A program made the position numbers and the translations under genes. The notes under the pieces were generated by a model that did not search any database, was not told the DNA's origin, and saw nothing but the letters and a program-made list of their open reading frames with translations. Below, piece after piece: positions 28,235-39,239 of a stretch of 64,000 bases of DNA (positions are counted from its first letter, which is position 1; each line of letters begins with the position of its first letter). This stretch comes from Sphagnum compactum (lineage: Eukaryota): the NCBI GenBank assembly GCA_965153455.1, contig OZ234493.1, positions 14,746,213-14,810,212 of the forward strand, read 5' to 3'.

Positions 28235-29390
28235 ATCGTTTCAAATCTGTTGTCTCCCCTTCACAAGGGGGAGAGCCAACAAATTCTTGCATTTTTTCAT
28301 AAATGAACCACCACCCTCTACTCTACTACACCCCCCCTCCCCTCCCCTCCCCTCCGGCCCCCCGCCTTTTCCCAAAAACAGAATCCAAAGTCAACTCCGA
28401 GGCCAATAATAAAAGACCAAACTTTTAACGTATTTGAGATCTCAAGAACTCAAGAATTCATTCATTCGACACAAAACACAAAGAGAAGGAGACATTCTGG
28501 AACACAGAAAGTCAGGTGAGGGGGCGGGTGTGTGTGGCGCGCAGCCTGCTGTACCACATTCCACCAATTGAGAAACCGACCAAGCAAAAGAAACCAAAAA
28601 GCAACGTAAGCCCAGAATTTCTGCCGCATGCCAGAAAAGAACCATTCCGTAAATCAGGGGGGTGGGGGGGGTAGACTTCAAAGCCAGAGAAAAAACACAA
28701 AGATGAGACATATTATGACATGAACCAAACCAAACCAAATTGCACCAAATTTACGAACAAAGCGAGTCTATCGAGCGAAAGATAGGGGGGAAGAACTCAA
28801 CCCCAAGATCAAAGATTTGGCCAATGGATAGCATAATTTGGACCAAGTGTGAGTATCGTTCCAAGTTTTCCCTTTGTTTTTGCTTTTTATTTTGGGGGGA
28901 ACAAATGGAGAGATCCATTGCAGAAACAAAACAATACACGGTAGGCGGACCAGAGGACCGACCATTGGACGGCCTCTGCCCCCTTTTCTTTAATCCTGTC
29001 TGTTTACAGACAAGGGTTATAATATTAGTGTGCTGACATTATATATAGTAAAGGACGTCGTGAAGCTTCCCCGTATATATAGAGAGAGAGAGGGGGTGCT
29101 GAATAGGCTTGTATTTAGGTGTGAAGAAAAATTGTTATGGCCACTGAAATTGCTTGATTCAGTGGTCTGAATTGTTGTTTTTTTTATCATTATCTTGTGT
29201 AACAGGGTTTGGTTGGGTTGTGAGAATTTTAAAGAATCGATGGAAATGGTTAAACGGGACTTTTGTTCTCTAGACTAGAGTTTGTGTGTAGACTTAAAGA
29301 TTGATTTTTCAGGCCAATGAGATTGTTGGATTGGGTGGTCTGTAATTATTTTCTTACTTATCTTTAGTGAACTAACAGTTCAATGTGTAA
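28235..29390 (+). other. Non-coding module B (inverted paralog of 16861-17670)
   Basis: Blocks CCTGTCTG-N4-CAGACAA(A)GGGTT, (GA)nGGGTG.TGAAT.GGCTTGT, GGTGTGAAGAAA, ATTGTTGGATT.GGTGGTCTG and AGTGA.CTAACAGTT.AATGTGT are shared with module A. Confidence 0.7.
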
Positions 29391-30611
29391 TAACTATTTA
29401 GAGACTGGATTACTTGTGCACTTTGTTTTAATTACACCCGCCTCACTTTACTCCCCTTACCCTTTGTTTTGGTTTACATCACTATTAGGTACTCTGCGAT
29501 CAATTTTTTTGGCAAAGTTAACTTAGTTAACTTAGGATAGTTGACTATTAATTTTCTTTTGAGTTAGAGCTGCCTTGGCAAATTTTCTTATTAATAATAG
29601 TGGCTATGTTGATGAATAGTCATTTGCAAATGTTTGCAAATTGGCTATAGTCATAATAACTGAGATTAAAAATATTTGACAACAAGGGAGTGCATTTGAC
29701 TACAAGGTTATTGTAAAGAGAGTAGATTTGACTACCTAGAGCACCAACCAAAGGCTAATACAAGTAAGTGTGCAACCCTAGATTGTAAAAAGCCTAATTA
29801 TGGACCATTTATAAGTTAGAGGTCACAACTTACAAGTTTGCAAACAAAAAATAAACTTTACATTTGCATATGGATGGAAGGAATCAATTAATAAATTAAT
29901 CTACTTAATAATGCCTTATCATGAGAATTATACTTGAATGAGAAAAATTTAAATCAATTGATCTTAAATAGCTTGAAGGGGATTTGAACCCCAAACCCCA
30001 AAAGGGTGTTGTACAATATAGCTCAAGCTTTACCTGCACCAAAAAACCAATTAGAAAATAAGCTTATACCTTTGAGTTAAAAAACAAAAATTTCAATTTC
30101 AAAACATATGTTATGATTCTAAAATTCTACCATGACCTTACAAATTTATAATTTAATCAAAAAAAGGTCAAAAATAAATTATTATATTAGTGTGAAAAAA
30201 ATCCAATTGTTAAAAAAATAAAATTTATAGATCAAAATTATGGCATAATCCTAAAGCCTTATTTGGTTTGCCACCTTGCATTTTGCAAATTGCAACCCTC
30301 CAAGATTTTGGAGTCCCCTATGCATTTATAGATATAACTCAATTTGCCTTGTCATTTGGCAATGGCTTGGTCATAAAGAAAATTTTGTAAACTTGTAAAA
30401 AATCATTAACTATAGAAACTAATGCAAAGATTCAAGTGAATGTTTAACCAAGTTCATAATTCGTTCCCCATGAAGCTGACAATGTTGAAAGTTCATTAAT
30501 TTTCAACACACCCAAACATTTGGACAACAACAATTTCATCCAGTTTAATGTATTTCAAAAGCTTATAGTTGAAAATGACAAATAAAAAATTCTTATGCCA
30601 ACATAATTGAA

Positions 30612-31249
30612 TGTCACAAGCATGAAAAACTATAAGAATATGAATTAAACCAAGGACATAGTAAGGAAAACGAATCACAAGAAATGCAAGTTTAAGTTTA
30701 ATTCAAAACTGAAAACATAAAGACACAAGGCAAAAACACTATATATGTTAAAAGCTGATTCAAACATAACTTTATTTTGATAACATATGAAAACAAAGGT
30801 TATGACAAGAAATTGTACACAAAACTGGTGTTAAATAAACTGAATGTAATGGGAGGTCCTACCCTTATTTATACCGCATTGGGGACCAAGCTCAAGGAAG
30901 CTTTTATAAAGGTTTCCATGTGTGCACCAACCAAGGAAACTTCAAGAAACTTCTTAACAAATAATGAATTAAAAATCAACTAAAATTTAACTAAGAGTTA
31001 ATCGAGGGTTAATTTGAATTTAACTGAAACGTGACTAAAATTTAATTGAGAGTAAACTAGGATTTAACTGGGACTTAATTAAAAGTTAACTGAGAATTAA
31101 CTGAGAATTAACGAGGACTTAATTAAGACATAACTAAAAGTTAACTAGGACTTAACTAAGATTTAACTTAAAATTAACTAAAAGTGAACTGGAAGTTAAC
31201 TCAAAATTAATAATGATGTAAGCGACGGATGATGGTAGTTTCTGTGACA
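30612..31249 (-). mobile_element. Solo LTR inserted in the hAT relic
   Basis: TG...CA ends with 7-bp inverted termini TGTCACA/TGTGACA. Minus-strand TATAAATA (~30870) and AATAAA (~30775). Transposase-derived sequence lies on both sides. Flanks TTGAA/TCAAG match poorly as a TSD. Confidence 0.65.
30978..31210. repeat. ~11-bp period minisatellite (TTAACTRRRAN) inside the solo LTR
   Basis: About 20 degenerate units such as ttaactgagaa, ttaactaggac, ttaactaaaag. Confidence 0.85.
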
Positions 31250-31874
31250 TCAAGTTCAACTCATTTTCATGATGTGGAATTGCTCCAAAGTTATGAACCA
31301 TCATTTTCAAAAACAAATTTGCAAATCAAGGTTGTGAGTAGAGAATATAATTGGCACAATTTTGCCACCATCCCCCACCTTTTGAACGGTAAAGAAAGTG
31401 GCCATCAAAATAGCCTAGTGTGGAAATTTTCCTCTGGATGTTGTGAATTCATTGCCAATAATTGTGGATAAACCGCATCAAAAGTTCCATAAACTTCCTT
31501 GAGCTATGAGTAAAGAATGTATACAATTTTTGTGATAGAAATTTGAATTAACATGCTAAATTCTTTTTTAAGAATGTGAACATAGTTACATTTGTTTTGT
31601 GGGCAAACAATGAACTTCGTTGAAAAAAAATGGCAACCATTTTTTTGAATTACAATGTGACATTGATTCAATTGCTTTGGAAGATGATATTAGCATCATA
31701 ACCCATATTAACCATTTTTTTTCCAAAATCTTCTAGCCCTAACCCATCAAAATCTTGCAAAGATTTCATCATCAAGTTTTTGTCAACTGTGAAAAAATAC
31801 CAATTGTTTCAACACAAAGCAAAATAGGAATCATAAAAAATTTAACATCTCAAGACTTAATAATGTAAATCATG

Positions 31875-32590
31875 CAAAATTTGTTGATTCATAATTCGTA
31901 TGCTTCATGTATTAATATATTGCATTGAAAACATATTCAACACATATATTTATAGAAAGATTGAAATTCGTGTGACATTCGTTAATTCATAGGTTTGTAT
32001 TTCGTTTGTCAACACAATTTATTTGTGTCAAACATGGTTTCAACGCATGATATTTGTGTGTAAAATCTACAAACCTATAAATGAACAAACTTTATACGAT
32101 TTTTACTATTGATTCATTCACATATTAAATTTGTGACAATCTTTTTCCATTCTTCAACCACATCTAAATGGATTGAGATGCACTAAATGTCATTGTCAAT
32201 TTTTGTAATTTCATTTACATTAATGGAAATGAGAATGACAACACATAAATGCATCTGTAATAGGTTCCAATTAAATAAAATCACAAACTTAGCATCTTAC
32301 AATTTAAGAATGAAAATCATCGAAAATTTATTCATTCATAATTTGTATGTTTCACACACTAATATTGTGAATCATTGAAAACACATTTGACACACATGTT
32401 TATAGGAAACACAAAATTCATGTGATATTCCATTCATTCATAGGTTCGTATTTCATCTGTCAACACATTTATTTGTGTGTCAAACATGTTTTCAACATAT
32501 AATATTTGTGTGTAAATTGTACAAAGCTATAAATGAATGAATTTCGCATGATTTTCATTATTAATTTGTTGCATGTTGAATTTATGATGA
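31875..32590. mobile_element. Two copies of a ~260-bp AT-rich insertion (31875-32140 and 32322-32590) within the hAT relic
   Basis: Colinear similarity (aaaattt.tt.attcataatt.gtatg ... ttcataggtt.gtatttc.t.tgtcaacaca ... gtgtaaa.t.tacaaa.ctataaatgaa). Transposase sequence lies between the copies. Confidence 0.7.
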
Positions 32591-35500
32591 ACATGCATAA
32601 TTTCTAACATATATCAACTAAACATATCAAACCAATGTTTTTAAAACGCATTTTTAATTTTAACATTTGAAACAAGGCTTGGAAACTTTAATAATCAATC
32701 ATAGGCTACCCATGGGTCAAAATGTGATAGATTGTAACAAATTACACATATGTTCATTTCAAATCAGAAGGGACATCAATATAGAGTTGGTACAAGATGG
32801 AAAAACAAAAATCATGTTCATTCTTCATATGCATTGAATTCTTCTTGAAATAATATGAGCCAACATCAACCCTTGGCTAAGACACCCAACATTTTTTATG
32901 TCCAATATGTTTCAACAAGTTATCTGGCTTTGAAGCTTTTCTTTTCCTTTAACATATGCCAAAATTTGACAACTAATTTTGGTTCAATACACCCTTATCA
33001 TCAATCATGAATTCAAGTTCTCCACGCATCTTGAAACTTCATTGACTCATTGTATAGTTTCCTTTTTTCTTAGCATTTTACTTGGATAAATTTTCACAAA
33101 TTTCATTAGACACTACCACTAATGCTTTCTCATCACAAGAAACAAAAGCACAATGTTATAATGAAAAGATGGACCAACCTTATCTTGAGGCAATGAAGGC
33201 AAAAGATTGATTGGCTTGAACTTAAAATTCTTGGGAATTTAAAAAGGAGCCATGGTGAATTTACATTTCAACAAAACAAGGATCGATTATCAAGTTTTGA
33301 AAACATAATAGGTAGGCCCTTAGATGATGAGATAATAGTGGCACCTAAACCTTAAACCATGCAAACCAAATAATACGAGTTTCAACGTCATAATGCTGAT
33401 GACAAGCAAATGAGCTTACATCACCTATTGCTAGCGAACTAAGGTCCACACTAGAAGGCCGAGCGATGAAAAACTTCTTAACAATGTCAATATTACTAAT
33501 GAGGCAGGTGTAAGGTTTAGTGAAAGTGGCAAGACCTATGCATTAGGGTTTTGGGGTTATGGTGATGGTGCAACATAGTGCCAAGAGTATTAGACAATGG
33601 AGTCAATTTTTAGGGCCCTAATTTCTAAATGGACATGTCACACAATTATTGACAATATGAAGTTTAGGCTATTTTGTGCCCAAAGAAAAAGGTTGGTACT
33701 TTGCGCGAAACCATTCCTGGCAATCAGAATTTTGTGGTTGATCCCTGCCAACATAACCGAGGAATGAGAGAATATAAATTCCTTTAGGGATTTGGACACT
33801 TGCTACCATTTTGGGTCTCGACTACCTTCCTTCGAAATTGCACATGACCAATGACTTCTTTGGTAATCACTTTCTTTGCTTGGAATTGCTTGCACATGTC
33901 CGTATTGGGTTTGTTGAATGTTTGTTCGATGGTTGAATCTGAGACTGACAAAATGAAGGGGGGGGGTTTGGTGTGCCGAGGATGTTAGTACCTTAGTACC
34001 TTGGCCAATTCAACACTAATTATATTATATTCAGAAATTTTCAAAAATTATTTCTTCAGAACTGAAAAATATTGTGAAGGAAAAAAATAGTGAATATTTA
34101 GGAATATTTCATTTGTTGAAATGAATGTTCCAAAATTAATTAATTAATTAATTAATTAGTTATTCGATTGATGGGCATGTGTTGAAATGGCCAAGGTACT
34201 ACGATAATAAGTTCCTAAGTTCCTTGCGTACACAAAAAGCAAAGAAAATGAAGAAAACACAGAAATTTCTGGAAGATAAAAATAGGTAGCTGAAGAAAAT
34301 GTGGCACTGATGGTGTTCTGACGACACACTAGGGAACCCCCCCCCCCCCCCCCCAGCCTCCCTCCCTCCCCGGGGGCCCTCTGCATATAATTACGCATTG
34401 CAAACATTGCCCTTTGTACGCCCTATGGGAATGTTGAAAGGAACCAGATGGTTGGTGGTGAGAGTGGGGGCAATAGTGTTGCGAAAATTTGGCCTTATTT
34501 GGCCTTTTCCTGAACAGAATTGACAAATTGCTGCGTTCCTCTGTGAACATGAAAACCAAAAAGGACCCAGCCAGCAGCCACTCGAACAATCACCGTCATG
34601 TTTTTTGGTCGGTTACATTTTGACATTTCTATCTATTTGTGACAAACAGGTTTTAACGTCAATGTATGTATGTGCCTCCTCCGATGCAAATTATAGGCAC
34701 TGGGGATACATACGTCCAGATCTCTTGTCTTTTGCGTTGCGGACAGCTTTTGGGTGGCCATCTATCCATCATGTGCAGATTTCCAAAAAAACTGAAGATA
34801 TCCCCAAATATTTGGCTATATTTGGGTAGCCAAATATATATAGAAGGAATGATAGAATACATATGTAAATACGTCTCGTTTCTAGTGGAATTTGGCTAAT
34901 TCTTGTTATGGATAATCACCAGTTCGGCTCTGCTCTGCGTTTTTTTCCTTTTTCTGCGGGCAAATTTTGTGGTGTGGCCCAGTGTGGTGGTTATCCAGAA
35001 GAAAAATTTAACCAAATTTGGCTTTAAACCAGATATGAGAGTTTAGAATTTGAGGAATGTAAAGAAACAAAATATAACAATCTGCCAATTTGGAATTTTT
35101 TAAAAAATAAAAATTTGGTGAATTTGGTCCTACTTTTCATGAAAAATCCTTTCTCGATGTCAATTATTTTTAGCAAAAACTCACTACATTACCCCCAAGA
35201 AAGACACATGCACCTTTTGCTACTATCACAAAATTGAAAAATAAAAATAAAATAAATTGTTGATGGTGTGGAGATGGAAAATAGACAATTGACACATAAT
35301 CTCCTTTTTTCTTCTATATCCAGATATTTAATCTAATTTTTTATAGTATTTTAAAATTTCATATATTTTCCAACACGTTTTGGTCCATATGAACAACCTT
35401 CAAAATGGGAAACTATGAAAATCCCCCCCCCCCCCAAAACCTTGTACCTATGTTGAAACTTATCCTATAAGATATTCTATTAGTTAGTCGTACCAAATGG

Positions 35501-38500
35501 GAATTTTCTTCTTCTATTTTATATATTCTTTTCGGGTTCAATTGTGACACAAACTTGAAGACCACAACAAGTTGGAGCCAAAGATTGGTGATATTGTCGG
35601 AGTTCTCCGGCACTTATGCAAGCTGATATTGTTTATTCACCACCGGCCTTTGGGAGATGGCTCTTGCAATAAAGGGTTAGTATGCACTTGGTGAGAATGC
35701 ATTAGGTTTTTGGGCACTTTCACCCACACAAGTGAGTAAATCTTTTGGGGTCATGCTGTCAAATGGTCGGAACTCACTCCCAACTCTTTCATTTGTTCTT
35801 TGCTTGAATGGTGGAATTTCTTGGCTCTCACGCCACAAAGAAGCAAGGGCAGATATTTAAAATAAAATAATCTCAAATCATCAATGGTGGGCCTATATGG
35901 GGTATGGGTGGGCACAACTAATAACTACCTATATTACAAAATCCTTGTCAAGGTGAGTTTTTCATGTGTTTTCTTTGTTTTTTCTCCCAAAGTATATAGA
36001 CATGCATAACCCAAGTTCACCTCCCCTCCCTTCCTTTTACTAAGAATTAGAAAAAGAGGAAAAAAGTGGGGCATGGGCGGAATGGGAGGAAGGTTTGGAG
36101 TACCAACATAAATGAATTTTCTATTTGAATTCTTTGTGGAGATGTAAAAGAAGGATTTCATAATAATAATAATAATAATAATAATACTAAAAGAGTGTGC
36201 TCAAGCTTAGTTTGGTGTCTTTCCAACATTTGGACTAATAATACATTTTTGCATTTTGAGGAAAGGAGGATTCAAAGTTGTTCAATAGGGCTGATTTTGG
36301 TGTATTGTTTACACATTACAATTCGAAGTTTTTTAGTCAAAAATTGGTGTGAGAGCGGTCCTACAAAAAAAAATCGGCACAAACTTAGGGGAAAAACAAT
36401 TCCACTAAGAAGATGGACATCATGCCACCATGGTGACTGAATTTGAGATGGTGAGCATTGTCCATGTGCAACCCTAAGCATCGAGATCTTTATCGTCAAA
36501 AGAGTCGTTGCTTGCATTCTATGGGGCAAAAAGAAAAGATTTCATTCCAAACCTATATGCATTTTAGGACATGACTCATTTATTAATTTTGGGGGCATAC
36601 TAGGCTTCGTAGACTTGTCACAAGTTGTTTCTTGTACTCGAGGCATGAATACGAAGTCAGGGAAAAATAATTTGATCACTTCTCCTTTTTAAAGTCATTT
36701 AAAACAATTTCCAACAACTTCTTCAACTTGAATGTAGTCTACAACAACAACGTGCAAGCAACTACAATGTCAAGATGATGATGATGATGGGCTTGTGGGT
36801 TCCAAGTTCTTGCTTTGAATCTTGTGTGCTAGCTAGCTTCTTGCATTGATTTTGGTTGAAGTTCTTGCCAGGCCAAGGTTTTTCAATTGTGACATCATTG
36901 TCAATCCAATGAGTTTTTTAGGTCCCCAAAAATATATATATATTCTTAAGTTAATGCACAATTTCTTGAACAACTTCATGACCACCCAAGGTGTTGAAAC
37001 TTTGTGTGGTTTTCACTAAATAAGAACATTCTAGATGTGAAATGGGCCCTTTTGTGTGAGTCAAATACATAAGATTGTACTAGAGTCAATGATTTTTTTG
37101 AGTGAATTTTTGTCAAAATTTCAAATGAAAAATATGATGTCAACCTATGCTTTTTTTATGAAATTAATGGCCCAAATTTCAAGTTTTCCTAATGACCAGA
37201 TTTTTACTATAGGTTTTAGTAGATAGTGTAGAATATAGAAGGATCCTCATTTTTCTTTTGTAAAAACATTTTATCTTGGGACTTATAGCCCAGATTTGGT
37301 TAAATTTTCTTCTCAATGACCACCAATTTGGTTAGATCACAAAATTGAATTTTATTTAAATTTTAAAAACACTGATGTTGAATTAGTTTCACTTTGGAAA
37401 AAAAAATTGGGAATTTTGGGGAAATTTTTTTTTGTAGTGTAAATTTAACTAAAATTTTTAGTTTTGGAAAAAATTGCCAAATTTTGATATCACACAATTG
37501 TAGGAAAATAACAACCCTTGGATGAGGACTATCGAATCTAGGGATAATGGGGGCCCCAAGGTGCTTTATTAAGTCAGGAGAAAATGGAGGTTTAAATTGT
37601 TCCAAATGTGCCCATTCCCTTAATGTTTGAGCGCATAAGAAGAAGTAACTAACTTGGTGTGCACTTGGAATAATTGAAGCAGCATTTTATTTTTGGGCAA
37701 ATTTTTGGACTTGGGGCAACTAGAAAAAAGGCAATATGCAAATCCGACAAAGGATATTTATTTCACCATATTTTTCAGGAAAAATAAAATTGAAATTACC
37801 ATATTTAGACAATATTAAGTTCCAAGCATGTCGCCAAAACACAATTAGAATTTTCCAATATCCCCTCGGACCTGTAGCCAAATTTGGCTAAGTCCTCTTG
37901 TGGATGATAGCCAACCTCCTCTCTCACAAAATTGAAAAGCCAAGCCCTGAAGAGAAGTACACAATTAAATCCCACTACAAACATCCCTATATACATGTGG
38001 GTATGTACGTTTGTATGTGTGATATATCTCACATATTTATGTGAGACATATATGTAACCAATTATTTGGGATTTGGTCTAAATTGAATGGTCATGAGTTT
38101 AACGGATAAAGTTAAATTATTTATATGTATATCTACAATTCGAATTAGGGCTTTTTTCTGAATCTTGTGATATCAATTTTTTTTGTGAAATTTTCCAATT
38201 AAATAGCAAAATTAGTCAAATTTAGACTAGAAAAATACAGTTTTCCAAACTTTCCCAATTCTTTGTGAAGATAATCACAAAATTTGAAGTTTAGAAGGGT
38301 AAAAAACTACCTAAGGATTAATGGAAAATAAGTAAAAGAAAAAGAAATTTGGAAGTTCGAGTGACCTCAAATAATAATGGCTTATATATATATCACCACA
38401 AAATATACTTTAGAAAAAAATCTTATTTATATTGATAAATATGATTAATTTATTTCTATTTTTATTAGTTATCAAGGGTCAAAGAGAGAATGATAAATTG

Positions 38501-38793
38501 GCTATGGTGTTCTGAAGTGATGGCATTTTTTCAATTTTGTGATATTTAAAAAATTGGCGAAATATTTCCAAAATTTTAGACAACTAGTCGACTTTACATA
38601 ATAAAAAAACAGATGTAAATTTTTTTTCAAATTTCTCAATTCTTTTGTTGAGAAAACAACAACACAAGAAATTTAATTGCGAAAAGAAAAAATTCCCAAT
38701 TTTTTTGTCGAAAAAACAACGACAAAATTTGTCGGAAAACCAAAAACACTGGGGGGAGGGGGACCGTGGGGTGACTTTCAGGTGAGTTCAAAC

Positions 38794-39108
38794 CAGTGTT
38801 TTTGTTAGGAATTTCTGTTTGCACGAAAGTGGCGATGATCATTGGCAGAGGCAGAAAAGGTGTCGATAATCCCTAGGATCGTGTGGTCAAATCTGGCTAT
38901 AGACCAGAAATCTTTAATCATTCTTGGATATATTTGGCTACACAATAAAATACCACATATATAAGATATAAGTCCGGCGATTTTTATTTTTTTGGGATAA
39001 AACATTTTGTCCTCACTTCTGGCGACTGAAAACCTCCAAACCAGTTTTTTCGGATTTTTTTTTTTCACTTTTTGGCGATTTATGGCCAGTAAAAGAAAAA
39101 AAGCGCTG
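38794..39108. mobile_element. hAT-type MITE (dispersed TAGCCAAATTTGGCTA family)
   Basis: CAGTGTTTTT...AAAAAGCGCTG ends; 8-bp TSD GTTCAAAC/GTTCAAAG. Confidence 0.8.
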
Positions 39109-39239
39109 GTTCAAAGGGTAAATAGAGGTAGGTATTGAAGGAAGCGTGATTATTAAAACTGAGAATAAATGCAATTTGGAAGAAACTGGCCAGGGAAGGT
39201 GGTAAAAGTAATTTTCTTGAGCACTAAAAACAAAAACTG

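Larger units (their letters stand above)
30350..33080 (-). pseudogene. Decayed hAT transposase interrupted by three insertions
   Basis: Minus-strand fragments in expected order: KGKEKL...DNLLKHIG (~32950), VTIYHILTHG...KKHWFD (~32700), ISINVNEITKIDN...SIHLDVVEEWKKI (~32200), GYDANIIFQ...HC...LYTFFTHSSRKF (~31600), YIKLDEIVVVQMFGCVEN**TFNIVSFM...NFLYDQAI (~30450). Many stops and frameshifts. Confidence 0.82.

Noticed and set aside
29140..29168. CCACTGAA/TTCAGTGG hairpin in module B
   Set aside because: Pairing is not preserved in the paralogous module A.
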